64,000 nucleotides of DNA, taken from NCBI GenBank assembly GCA_910578325.1, contig CAJTQT010000001.1, forward strand, positions 4,527 through 68,526, given 5' to 3'. The notes under the pieces were generated by a model. The model had not been told where the DNA came from. It ran no database searches and saw only the letters and a list, made by a program, of their open reading frames with translations. The position numbers and the translations under genes are program-made. Shown here in pieces: positions 8,525 through 17,354 of the stretch. Within the stretch, counting starts at the first letter, position 1; each line of letters opens with the position of its first letter. The stretch comes from an uncultured Christensenella sp. (lineage in GTDB: Bacteria; Bacillota; Clostridia; Christensenellales; CAG-917).

Positions 8525-9967
8525 ATGAGTTTCGCAAGATTTTCAAGCGACTTTCTTATGGAAACTTTCACGCTCGTGGACAATCTTTTTATCAACGAGC
8601 ATCTCCCCTATTGCGACGAAAAGCAGATTAAGGTATATCTGTACGGGCTTTTTCTGTGTTCTAATCCCGCAAACGACAATTCGGTAGACGCTCTATGCGC
8701 GAAACTGGATATGACAGAATCGGCAATTCTTTCAACATACGGTTATTTCGAAGATATGGGGCTCGTCCGCATTATCTCGCAAAAACCGCTTGAAGTAAAA
8801 TATCTCAGTCTCAAAAAATCTATGCAGCCGCCAAAAAAATATAAAGGCGAAAAGTGGAACGATTTCAACGCGCATTTACAGCAACTTTTCCCCGAACGTA
8901 TGCTCACGCCCAACGAGTACAACGAGTTTTATATGTTCCTTGACGAGAGCAAAATGGAACAGGACGCTATGCTTATGATAGTGCAATACTGCATAGACCT
9001 CAAAGGTATGAACGTACGCTATCCGTATATTCTCACCGTAGCAAGGAACTGGGCTTCAGACGGAGTGCGCAATGCGTCCGACGTGGAAGATAAACTCAAA
9101 GAATACGACACACAGTCTGAACAGATGAGAACGGTGCTTGCGGCTTTGGGAAGAAAAGGAGCGGCGGAACTGGAAGACAAGCAGATGCTTCTAAAATGGA
9201 CTCGCGTATGGGGCTATGAACTCGACGCAATCCTCACCGCGATAAAGACGCTCAAAGGCGGCAAGAGTTTCAACAAACTCGACGCAAGGCTGGACGAGTT
9301 TTACAGAATGTCGATATTTACAGCCGCGGAAATGAACGACTATCGCGCGCACCACGAACACCTGAGGAATCTCGCGCTTTCCGTCAACAAAAACCTCGGC
9401 GTGTTTTACGAATCGTTCGACCACGAAATCGAAGTTTACATCGTACCGTGGACGGCAAAGGGTTTCTCTGACGACGCTCTTGTCAAAATTGCGCACCACT
9501 GTTTTATTACAAACGTACGCACTCTTGACGGAATGAACAACGTCGTAAACAAATTCTACGCGCAGGGACTTCTTACAAGCGAGAGCATCGACGAATATTT
9601 GCATACGCAAATCGTAACGGACGGAAAAATCAAGAAGATAATCGAGAAAAGCGGGCGCTCCCGCGCCGTCACTCAGTCCGACCGCGAATACTATCGTACC
9701 TGGACGGTTGTTTGGGGGTTTGACGATTCCGTTATCCTCTACGCCGCCGAGATGTCAGTAGGCAAAACCTACCCCACTCCGTACATAAATCAACTTTTGT
9801 CGGGGTATAAGTCAAAAGGCGTGACAACCGTAGAAGATGCGAAAAAGATTTCGCCTGTAATTCCCGAGCAAACCCGCAAAGCGAATTTCGAAGAACGCTC
9901 CTACACAAAGGAAGAATTACAGTCTATAGTCACAAGCATAGACAGTCTTAAAGACGCGAAGGTCTGA
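8525..9967 (+). CDS. DnaD-domain replication initiation / membrane attachment protein (Bacillus DnaB/DnaD-like helicase-loading partner)
   Basis: 480-aa ORF with repeated DnaD C-terminal-type segments (YILTVARNWASDGVRNASDVE; YINQLLSGYKSKGVTTVEDA). A DnaI-like loader follows immediately, with the stop 1 nt before the next ATG. Confidence 0.75.
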   Translation: MSFARFSSDFLMETFTLVDNLFINEHLPYCDEKQIKVYLYGLFLCSNPANDNSVDALCAKLDMTESAILSTYGYFEDMGLVRIISQKPLEVKYLSLKKSMQPPKKYKGEKWNDFNAHLQQLFPERMLTPNEYNEFYMFLDESKMEQDAMLMIVQYCIDLKGMNVRYPYILTVARNWASDGVRNASDVEDKLKEYDTQSEQMRTVLAALGRKGAAELEDKQMLLKWTRVWGYELDAILTAIKTLKGGKSFNKLDARLDEFYRMSIFTAAEMNDYRAHHEHLRNLALSVNKNLGVFYESFDHEIEVYIVPWTAKGFSDDALVKIAHHCFITNVRTLDGMNNVVNKFYAQGLLTSESIDEYLHTQIVTDGKIKKIIEKSGRSRAVTQSDREYYRTWTVVWGFDDSVILYAAEMSVGKTYPTPYINQLLSGYKSKGVTTVEDAKKISPVIPEQTRKANFEERSYTKEELQSIVTSIDSLKDAKV

Positions 9968-9968
9968 T

Positions 9969-10886
9969 ATGAAGAGAAGAGTAATGCAGGTTGTGCAGTC
10001 AAAACGGCTGGCAAGAATAAATACCCGCAAACGCGAAGTCGAACAACGTCTTACGCACGCTCTTTCTGTGCCCGAAATTTCAACCGCGCAGGAAAGATAT
10101 ATCAATATGCGTTTCGACGCGGCAAAAGGTGCCGACGAATCCGAGGTATCCGCCGCGCTTGAAAACTATCGCAACGCGCTTACAAAACACGGATACAGCG
10201 AATCCGACTTCGAATATACCCCCCTCTGCCCTATATGCGAAGACAAAGGAGTTGTCAACGGTAAACTTTGCAAATGTGTTTGGAAAGAATTTATACGTGC
10301 ATTGAAAGCGGAATGCGATATAGAACGCAAAGCGCCTTTTACTTTCGCCGATTGCGACCTCGATACGGTCAATAACGCAACTCAGCGCAACACGCTTGAA
10401 CAACTGTACGGATTTATGCAAAAGTATGCGGCGCAACTGCCTCTTGTACACAACCTGAACATTGTGCTGTCGGGAGGAGTCGGAAGCGGAAAAACCTGCC
10501 TTGCAAGCGCAGTAGCGCGCGCCGCGGCAGACAGAGGCAAAAGTTGCCTGTTTATGTCCGCGTACGAATTCAACGGCGCAATGCTTGCCTGTCATACTTC
10601 ACCCATATCCGAACGCAACGCACGTATGCACGATATCATAACAGCCGATTTACTCGTAATAGACGACCTCGGCACCGAACCGTTTTTGAAGAACGTCACC
10701 GAAGAATATCTGCTGCTCATACTCGAAGAAAGGCACAATGCACATTTGTGCACAATCATTACTACAAACCTAAACTCGGAGCAACTGCTCACAAGGTATC
10801 ACGAGCGCATATATTCACGTCTCAGCCACAAACGTAACTCGATGTTTTTCGTAATTGACGGCGACGATTTGCGGCACAACCTATAA
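9969..10886 (+). CDS. dnaI: Primosomal helicase loader DnaI/DnaC-type AAA+ ATPase
   Basis: Zinc-ribbon CPICEDKG..CKC. Walker A GGVGSGKT. Walker B DLLVIDDLGTE. IstB/DnaC-like C-terminus. Confidence 0.85.
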   Translation: MKRRVMQVVQSKRLARINTRKREVEQRLTHALSVPEISTAQERYINMRFDAAKGADESEVSAALENYRNALTKHGYSESDFEYTPLCPICEDKGVVNGKLCKCVWKEFIRALKAECDIERKAPFTFADCDLDTVNNATQRNTLEQLYGFMQKYAAQLPLVHNLNIVLSGGVGSGKTCLASAVARAAADRGKSCLFMSAYEFNGAMLACHTSPISERNARMHDIITADLLVIDDLGTEPFLKNVTEEYLLLILEERHNAHLCTIITTNLNSEQLLTRYHERIYSRLSHKRNSMFFVIDGDDLRHNL

Positions 10887-10901
10887 ACTAAATATAAATA
10901 T

Positions 10902-10932
10902 AAAAATCCACCGCGCTTAGGTGGATTTTTTA
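10902..10932. terminator. Bidirectional rho-independent terminator
   Basis: AAAAATCCACC-GCGCTTA-GGTGGATTTTTT between the convergent dnaI and ABC permease genes. Confidence 0.7.
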
Positions 10933-10955
10933 TAATTCTAAATTTTCTATAACCG

Positions 10956-11912
10956 CTATCTCTCTTCTCGGAAATACGAAGTTCCGAGAGCCGCAGGCGG
11001 TTGAGATTCCCTCTTGTTGACTATACTCGTTATTATAAGAACAATAATTGTAACTACATAGGGTATAAGTTTAACGAGTTCCTTCTGTGAGAATGAAACA
11101 TTCAGATAATTAGGCGCGATATACAATGCTCCAAACAGTATCGATCCCAAGATGCCCCAGTTCGGTTTCCAAACCGAGAAAATAACGAGCGCGACCGCCA
11201 TCCAGCCGTAAGTATCGACGCTATATTCTATGTTTCCGCCGAGATAGTCCATAATATAGAACAGTCCGCCGAGTCCGGCAAAAGCACTGCCCACTATAGT
11301 GGCTATATATCTGTATTTTGTGACGTTTATGCCCGCCGCATCTGCGGTTGCGGGATTTTCACCGACTGCTCTCAGATTAAGTCCCGTACGAGTCCTTTTT
11401 ATAACTACCGCCGCGATAACGGCAATTATGATAGCCAGATACACAAGCGTTCCGTAAGACAAAAACATCTGCCCGAACCATCCTGCATCCGCGGCACAAG
11501 GAAAACCATTAGTAAAATATGTGCTTGCTATACCGAAATTCGTCTTGTCTATACGGTTCATATAAAACCCTATAAAACCAATGCCAAACGTTGTTATGGT
11601 AAGTCCCGTTACGTTTTGATTACAACGCAGAGTAACTGTCATAAAACTGAACAGCAGTCCTGCAAGCGCGGCAAAAAGCATTGCAAAAATTATAGGAACA
11701 AATACCGCGGCAAAACCGTTAATGTTGCTTATATCAGCAAGAGATTTCAGATATAACGACTCGCCTATTACTCCGCCGACCGCGCCTATACACATTATTC
11801 CGGGAATACCGAGGTTGAGGTGTCCGGACTTTTCGGTTATTATTTCGCCGGTTGCACCGTAAAGAAATATAGTACTGAATCTTATAGATCTTTGTAAAAA
11901 CGTCCAGAACAT
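10956..11912 (-). CDS. BMP/nucleoside-type ABC transporter permease (NupQ/RnsD-like)
   Basis: 318-aa polytopic ORF and last gene of an SBP-ATPase-permease-permease operon. Its start shares nt 11912 with the upstream stop. Confidence 0.8.
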   Translation of the reverse strand: MFWTFLQRSIRFSTIFLYGATGEIITEKSGHLNLGIPGIMCIGAVGGVIGESLYLKSLADISNINGFAAVFVPIIFAMLFAALAGLLFSFMTVTLRCNQNVTGLTITTFGIGFIGFYMNRIDKTNFGIASTYFTNGFPCAADAGWFGQMFLSYGTLVYLAIIIAVIAAVVIKRTRTGLNLRAVGENPATADAAGINVTKYRYIATIVGSAFAGLGGLFYIMDYLGGNIEYSVDTYGWMAVALVIFSVWKPNWGILGSILFGALYIAPNYLNVSFSQKELVKLIPYVVTIIVLIITSIVNKRESQPPAALGTSYFREER

Positions 11913-13255
11913 TATTCCTGCACCTCCTTATCGGATACTTCTGCACAATCTGAATTTTGTATAGTCGCAGTTAAATCATCGGTTTGAGAAGTTGCCGGTA
12001 TCTGCAAACACTCATTCTCGACTGCTGCGACCGAATTGTCGGCTACTGTTTTCGTCTTTCTTTTTGTAAACAACCTGAATATCTTATTTTCTATATTAGC
12101 AAAAAACTCGGTGATGGAATTATCAAACTTTTCAAGTTTGCTCGGCTGAATTTCCTCTCCTTCTACATTCATTTTTCTACGCAACTTAATTCTATAACTT
12201 ATGAAAAATTCACTTGCAATAACTAAGAAGAAAAACACTGCCGTAATAATATTCGGAAACGAACCTCCGAATCCGAAAGTAGAGGCTGCCTGCATAGAAC
12301 CTTGACTCAAAAATGCAATCAGAAAAGAACTGATAACCATAGCAATCGGATTGAAATGCGCAAGCCAACTTATAAGTATCGCGGTAAATCCCCTTCCTGC
12401 GACAATCGACGTGCTTATAGTGTAACTGGTACCTCCCACAAGCAACCATCCTGCAATTCCGCACAGCGCGCCCGACAAAATCATAGTACGCACTATAACT
12501 TTTCTTACGTTTATTCCGATATACTTTGCCGTGTTGACTGATTCACCGACAACGCTGAGTTCATAGCCGTGTTTAGAAAAACGAAGATAAATATACATTA
12601 TGACAACAAGGACGGCCACAATGATTATATTCAGAATATATGGATACTGACCGAGGCGGGGAAATTGACCATAGCGTATTATGCCTACTACGCCAGAACC
12701 GCTTGGCACCCATACCGTAATGATAAACGCAATCAAGCCCATTGCTATATAGTTCATCATAAGCGTAAACAGCGTTTCATTTGTATTCCACTTCGCTTTA
12801 AAAATCGCGGGAATCGCGCCCCAAACAGCGCCGCCGGCTACGCTGGCAACAAGAGCCACTATTATTATAACAGGATCTGCCACGCTTCCGCCCATATAGC
12901 GCATACACGTTGCGCACATCAATGCGCCCATCAGAACCTGACCTTCCGCACCGATATTCCAAAACTTCATTTTGAACGCTGGCGTAACCGCAAGAGCAAT
13001 GCACAGGAGCATAGCGGTTTCCTGAAAAAGATTTACTATTCTTCTCGGAGTGCTGAAAGTCCCTTTAAACATTTCGTCAAAAAAAGTGCCGAAACTGTTC
13101 GGTTTAAGAATAGAACTGATAATGCCGCACAGCAATAATGATACAAGTACGGTAACAAGCCTTATAACCCATTTTTTCCATCTGGGAATATCAGTGCGCT
13201 TAACGATATGAAAAGGTGCTTCCGTTTTCAACTTTTTAAAAATATTCGTCACCAC
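11912..13255 (-). CDS. BMP/nucleoside-type ABC transporter permease (NupP/RnsC-like) with a hydrophilic C-terminal tail of about 90 aa
   Basis: 447-aa polytopic ORF. The tail RKMNVEGEEIQPSKLEKFDNS...SDKEVQE is non-membrane. Confidence 0.8.
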   Translation of the reverse strand: MVTNIFKKLKTEAPFHIVKRTDIPRWKKWVIRLVTVLVSLLLCGIISSILKPNSFGTFFDEMFKGTFSTPRRIVNLFQETAMLLCIALAVTPAFKMKFWNIGAEGQVLMGALMCATCMRYMGGSVADPVIIIVALVASVAGGAVWGAIPAIFKAKWNTNETLFTLMMNYIAMGLIAFIITVWVPSGSGVVGIIRYGQFPRLGQYPYILNIIIVAVLVVIMYIYLRFSKHGYELSVVGESVNTAKYIGINVRKVIVRTMILSGALCGIAGWLLVGGTSYTISTSIVAGRGFTAILISWLAHFNPIAMVISSFLIAFLSQGSMQAASTFGFGGSFPNIITAVFFFLVIASEFFISYRIKLRRKMNVEGEEIQPSKLEKFDNSITEFFANIENKIFRLFTKRKTKTVADNSVAAVENECLQIPATSQTDDLTATIQNSDCAEVSDKEVQE

Positions 13256-15016
13256 TCAGCCCTCCTCAATCATTGATTCAATAACATCTTCTGTCATTTT
13301 TGTATTATTTGTCATAAGCAGACCTATCTCATCTTTCTTTGCGCTTCTTCCGTCTACTATACCTGTGATCTTTCCTCCGCAGATAACCATTATGCGGTCG
13401 CAGAGATCAATTAAAACGTCGAGATCTTCTCCGACAAATATGACAGCCACGCCTTTTTCTTTCTGGTCATTTAAAAGGTTATAAATGGTGTAGGAAGAAT
13501 TTATATCCAGCCCTCTTACTGGATAAGCCGCCATAAGCACCGTCGGTGCAGCCGCGATTTCACGCCCCACAAGCACCTTCTGAACATTACCGCCCGACAG
13601 CCTGCGAACGGGAGTATGAGTACTCGGAGTTACTACCTCGAGATCATCGACTATTGTTTCGGCAAGCGTTTTAGGGCTCTTTCTGTCAAGGAACATCGTC
13701 TTGCCTTTGTTGTATGAGCGCAGCATCATATTGTCGATTAAATCCATATTACCGACAAGCCCCATTCCGAGTCTGTCTTCCGGAACAAACGAGAGACGCA
13801 CGCCCATATTTCTTATCTGAACGGGAGATTTGGAACGCAAATCCACCTTTTCATTTTCTTTCGTCGGATCGAAATACCAAATATCTCCCGCATTCAACTT
13901 CTGCAATCCCGCAATCGCTTCAAGCAGTTCGCGCTGACCGCTGCCCGCTATACCCGCAATTCCGAGAATTTCGCCCGAACGCGCCGTAAACGACACGTTA
14001 TCAAGCACCTTGACGCCGTCGTGACTTGTAGACGAAATATTCTCCACAATAAGCCTATCCTCAACGTCGTGCGGCTCGGTACGGTCTATATTGAGTTCAA
14101 TCTTCTTACCTACCATCATCTCGGTAAGTTCCTGTTCATTCGTTTCGGAAGTATTTACCGTTGCAATATGCTCGCCTTTTCTGAGAACCGCAACTCTGTC
14201 GGAAATTTCCATAACTTCGTTGAGTTTGTGCGTTATGATTATAATAGACTTTCCGTCCTCTCTCATACGTCGCAAAACCGCAAAGAGTTTTTTTATCTCC
14301 TGCGGCGTCAAAACAGCGGTAGGCTCATCGAGAATAAGAATATCTGCATTGCGATAAAGAACCTTTATAATTTCAACTGTCTGCTTCTCAGATACAGACA
14401 TATCGTATATTTTCTTTTTTAAATCGATTTCGAAACCGTATTTGTTTGCAATGCTTTGCAGTACTTGCGCACGGTTGCGTGCAAGCCAGCCGAATTGAAT
14501 ATGCTTTTTCAATTTTATGAAAGGCAACGCCGCAATTTTGCGTTTGGTTTCTTTTTCGGTATGGAATTTCGGAGCGGTCATATAAGACAAAATTCCCGTA
14601 TGTTCTTCGGGAACGTACGCTTCGAATTCTTCGTTTTCTTTTTTATGAGCGGCGCGGATAGCGGCTTCCTCTGTCTTTATATTGAAACCTTTAAACTCCT
14701 CGCCGAGTATGATATTATCAGCCGCGCTGAAAACGTCCACCAGTTTGAAATGCTGGTGTATCATTCCGATATGATGCGAAAACGCATCTTTTGGCGAACG
14801 TATTGACACCGCTTCGTCGTCGATAATTATTTCTCCCGCGTCGGGATAATAAATACCGGCAATCATATTCATAAGCGTAGTCTTGCCGCTTCCGTTTTCG
14901 CCCAAAATCGAAAGGACTTCGCCGCGATACACGGTCAAGTCCACGTTATTGTTGGCAATCACTTCTCCGAAAGTCTTCGTGATGCCTTTAAGTTGTATAG
15001 CAACATTATTTTCCAC
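13256..15016 (-). CDS. Duplicated-NBD ABC ATPase of nucleoside/sugar (CUT2) type (NupO/RnsA-like)
   Basis: Two ATP-binding cassettes. Walker A is GENGSGKTT in the first NBD and degenerate in the second (GIAGSGQ). Signature-like LSGGNVQK. It is larger than usual (586 aa) because of an insert in NBD1. Confidence 0.9.
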   Translation of the reverse strand: MENNVAIQLKGITKTFGEVIANNNVDLTVYRGEVLSILGENGSGKTTLMNMIAGIYYPDAGEIIIDDEAVSIRSPKDAFSHHIGMIHQHFKLVDVFSAADNIILGEEFKGFNIKTEEAAIRAAHKKENEEFEAYVPEEHTGILSYMTAPKFHTEKETKRKIAALPFIKLKKHIQFGWLARNRAQVLQSIANKYGFEIDLKKKIYDMSVSEKQTVEIIKVLYRNADILILDEPTAVLTPQEIKKLFAVLRRMREDGKSIIIITHKLNEVMEISDRVAVLRKGEHIATVNTSETNEQELTEMMVGKKIELNIDRTEPHDVEDRLIVENISSTSHDGVKVLDNVSFTARSGEILGIAGIAGSGQRELLEAIAGLQKLNAGDIWYFDPTKENEKVDLRSKSPVQIRNMGVRLSFVPEDRLGMGLVGNMDLIDNMMLRSYNKGKTMFLDRKSPKTLAETIVDDLEVVTPSTHTPVRRLSGGNVQKVLVGREIAAAPTVLMAAYPVRGLDINSSYTIYNLLNDQKEKGVAVIFVGEDLDVLIDLCDRIMVICGGKITGIVDGRSAKKDEIGLLMTNNTKMTEDVIESMIEEG

Positions 15017-15071
15017 GTTGCTACCTCCGATACTTTACGCAATCTCCCGTCGCAAGGACGGGAAACGCGCT

Positions 15072-15106
15072 CAAAATGGTTGGACGGAGTTCAACACTCC
15101 GTCCAA
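15072..15106 (-). terminator. Intercistronic hairpin / partial terminator between the SBP and ATPase genes
   Basis: On the minus strand, TTGGACGGAG-TGTTGAA-CTCCGTCCAA is followed by CCATTTTG. This is a typical way to give excess SBP transcript. Confidence 0.45.
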
Positions 15107-15124
15107 CAAATCAATTTTTATACA

Positions 15125-16363
15125 TTAGTTTCCAAATGCTTGATTGAGAAGCGTAATTCCGTCTATTTGCAATGCAAAATAAGGAGCAGAACGGAAAAAG
15201 GATTCCTTGAAGATTCCGTTCACAATCGCTTCAGTATCACCGGCAAACGCCGCGTCCGTGTCAACGTCTGCAAGATAAGTCGTTACTGCTTTGCCGTTTA
15301 CGGTGAAGTTTGCCGTGTCAAATACGTTAAGCGTGCCTGCAATAAGTTTTGCTTTTGCCTCGTTGACAGCCGCTTCCGTTCCCGCTGCAACGGTTTTGCC
15401 GTAGTCTTCAACAATAACGGAACCCGTTTCAATAGTACCGGTCCAGTCATAAGCAATTTCAGTGTTATTGATAGCGCTGTTTACAATATACTCATAGTAT
15501 GGCGCCCAGTTGATTCTGGAGTGCACGAGATAGGAATCGGGGCATTCGGTCTTTGTGCTGATATTGTAAGTAACGTTAGGAACTCCCGCGGTTTTGCAAG
15601 CGTTAGGCGCACCCCACGAGTCTGCGTGTTGGCTGATGAGTTTGCAACCTCTGTTGATAAGGTTCGTTGCACTCTCGCCTTCCGCAACTTCATCATACCA
15701 GGAACCTGTGAACGTAACATCCATCGTTACAGTCGGGCAAACCGATTTTGCCCCGAGATAGAAAGAGGTGTAACCGGAGATAACTTCAGCATACGTAAAC
15801 GCACCGACATAGCCCATTTTCGCTTCCGCCGCTGTGAATTTGCCTGCTGCGATCATTTCGTTGAGTTTCATACCCGCAACGACACCTGCAAGATAACGTC
15901 CTTCGTAGATGGAAGCGAACGCATTGTAGTAGTTGCCGTATTTAGCGGTGTGCGCTTTCGTACCCGTAGCGTGGCAGAAACGAACGTCGGGATATTCCCA
16001 AGCCGCCTGCATAATGTAATCCTCGTGGCCGAAACTGTCCGCGAAGATAATGTTGCAACCGTCCTCGACAAGGTCTACCGCCGCATTATAGCAAGCCTCA
16101 CTCTCCGAAATATTCGTTCTGATAACAAGTTGAGTCTCTTTATTCAAACCAAGATTCTCAACCGCTTCGTTCATTGCATTGATGAAGTTCGCGTCATACG
16201 TAGAGTTCTCGTCGTGCAAGCAGATGAGACCGATTTTGATATTCTCTTTCTCAATAGCCTGAAGGTTGACTTCACGTTCCGTCTGGTTGCAAGCAACAAG
16301 ACCGATAGCCAAAGCCGCAACAAGTGCAATAGCAAGCACAAATGCTAAAACTTTCTTTTTCAT
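15125..16363 (-). CDS. BMP-family (Med/PnrA/TmpC) ABC substrate-binding lipoprotein, probably nucleoside-binding
   Basis: Lipobox GLVAC. The BMP fold is indicated by IGLICLHDENSTYDANF and GYVGAFTYAEVISG. It sits upstream of the CUT2-type ATPase and permeases. Confidence 0.85.
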   Translation of the reverse strand: MKKKVLAFVLAIALVAALAIGLVACNQTEREVNLQAIEKENIKIGLICLHDENSTYDANFINAMNEAVENLGLNKETQLVIRTNISESEACYNAAVDLVEDGCNIIFADSFGHEDYIMQAAWEYPDVRFCHATGTKAHTAKYGNYYNAFASIYEGRYLAGVVAGMKLNEMIAAGKFTAAEAKMGYVGAFTYAEVISGYTSFYLGAKSVCPTVTMDVTFTGSWYDEVAEGESATNLINRGCKLISQHADSWGAPNACKTAGVPNVTYNISTKTECPDSYLVHSRINWAPYYEYIVNSAINNTEIAYDWTGTIETGSVIVEDYGKTVAAGTEAAVNEAKAKLIAGTLNVFDTANFTVNGKAVTTYLADVDTDAAFAGDTEAIVNGIFKESFFRSAPYFALQIDGITLLNQAFGN

Positions 16364-16400
16364 TTTGTTTCTCCTTATACAGCCCCTCGGGGCATTATTT

Positions 16401-16979
16401 TCAATTTTGATGTCTGAAAGTTAGCGAATCGTCTGTCATACTCTCAACGATTGCCAGACTCTCGATACGTACGCCCTCAGCGCGCAGTTCCTCTCCGCCT
16501 TTCTGAAAGCCCTTTTCTATCGCGATAGCGCAACCCACAAGCGTTGCTCCCGCTTGCTCTATGAGGCTTCTGAGTCCGCGGATTGCCGCGCCGTTGGCAA
16601 GAAAATCGTCTACAATGAGCACCCTGTCCTCGGGGAGCAGAAATTCTTTATCCACAATCACGGTTGAAGTGTTGTTATGCGTATAAGACACTACGTCCGC
16701 GCTGTAACAGTCGGCGGATACGTTTGCCGTCTTGCTCTTCTTAGCAAAAAGCACCGGCGTATGCATATAGTGTGCAGCAGCGCACGCTATGGCTATACCC
16801 GATGCCTCTATCGTCATAATTTTGGTAACGTTCTGCTCGCAAAAGCGCGCGGAAATTTCCTTGCCTATCTCGTCAAGCAGATGCTCGTCTATGAGATGAT
16901 TGAGAAACCCGCTGACTTTGAGGACATTTCCGGGATAAACCTTGCCGTCTCTCAAAATACGCTCTTCCAAAAGTTGCAT
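16401..16979 (-). CDS. xpt: Xanthine phosphoribosyltransferase
   Basis: MQLLEERILRDGKVYPGNVLKVSGFLNHLID is the Xpt N-terminus. PRPP loop is RVLIVDDFLANGAA. Confidence 0.9.
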   Translation of the reverse strand: MQLLEERILRDGKVYPGNVLKVSGFLNHLIDEHLLDEIGKEISARFCEQNVTKIMTIEASGIAIACAAAHYMHTPVLFAKKSKTANVSADCYSADVVSYTHNNTSTVIVDKEFLLPEDRVLIVDDFLANGAAIRGLRSLIEQAGATLVGCAIAIEKGFQKGGEELRAEGVRIESLAIVESMTDDSLTFRHQN

Positions 16980-17069
16980 TTTGCACTCCTCTCCACATAA
17001 GACTGTGGCAAACGCGGTAAATATCCGCTAACGTGCAGGTGCTTTTGTTTGCTTGCAAATGATAAACGA

Positions 17070-17098
17070 ATTATATCCAAATAAAAATTCTCTGTCAA
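17070..17098 (-). promoter_or_regulatory. Near-consensus sigma-A promoter of the xpt-nucleoside ABC operon
   Basis: The minus strand reads TTGACA (17098-17093), a 17-nt spacer, then TATAAT (17075-17070), about 85 nt upstream of the xpt ATG. Confidence 0.6.
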
Positions 17099-17272
17099 AC
17101 GAAAAGGGCGGATAACTCAAATATTTTAGGAGATTTTGTCGTAAAAACACGAAAGGTATATTTTAAAAAAATATTGTCTTCTGACAGCATAAAAAAACAG
17201 GAAAATTTTTCCATTAAACTGCGGATATTACTATGGTTTTCCTCTTGCAAAAACGTGTTTTTAAAATACGCG

Positions 17273-17304
17273 CAAAATTGAAACGGCGGATGTCTCCGCC
17301 GTTT
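17273..17304 (-). terminator. Rho-independent terminator of the aldolase-like gene
   Basis: On the minus strand, AAACGGCGGA-GACA-TCCGCCGTTT is followed by CAATTTTG. Confidence 0.65.
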
Positions 17305-17354
17305 GCAAACTATTTATTATTGTATTTAAATAAAATAATATAACTACGATATAA

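Noticed and set aside
16980-17100. An expected guanine/xanthine (purine) riboswitch upstream of xpt. The roughly 85-nt leader can be drawn as a mini three-way junction (GCGG-AUAUUUA-CCGC, CCAC-AGUCUUAU-GUGG, closing GCAC/GUGC over the SD).
   Set aside because: All stems are only 4 bp. The conserved junction and loop nucleotides of the purine aptamer (UAUAAU, GAUAUGG, GUUUCUACC, CCGUAAAU, ACUAUG) are not present. The leader is too short for an aptamer plus expression platform. The resemblance is most likely chance.
17101-17280. A 39-aa ORF (MEKFSCFFMLSEDN...) and a GGAAAAATTTTCC hairpin in the spacer between the aldolase-like gene terminator and the xpt promoter.
   Set aside because: There is no Shine-Dalgarno sequence, the composition is AT-rich and random-looking, and the hairpin is a weak all-A/T stem. 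Evidence is insufficient.
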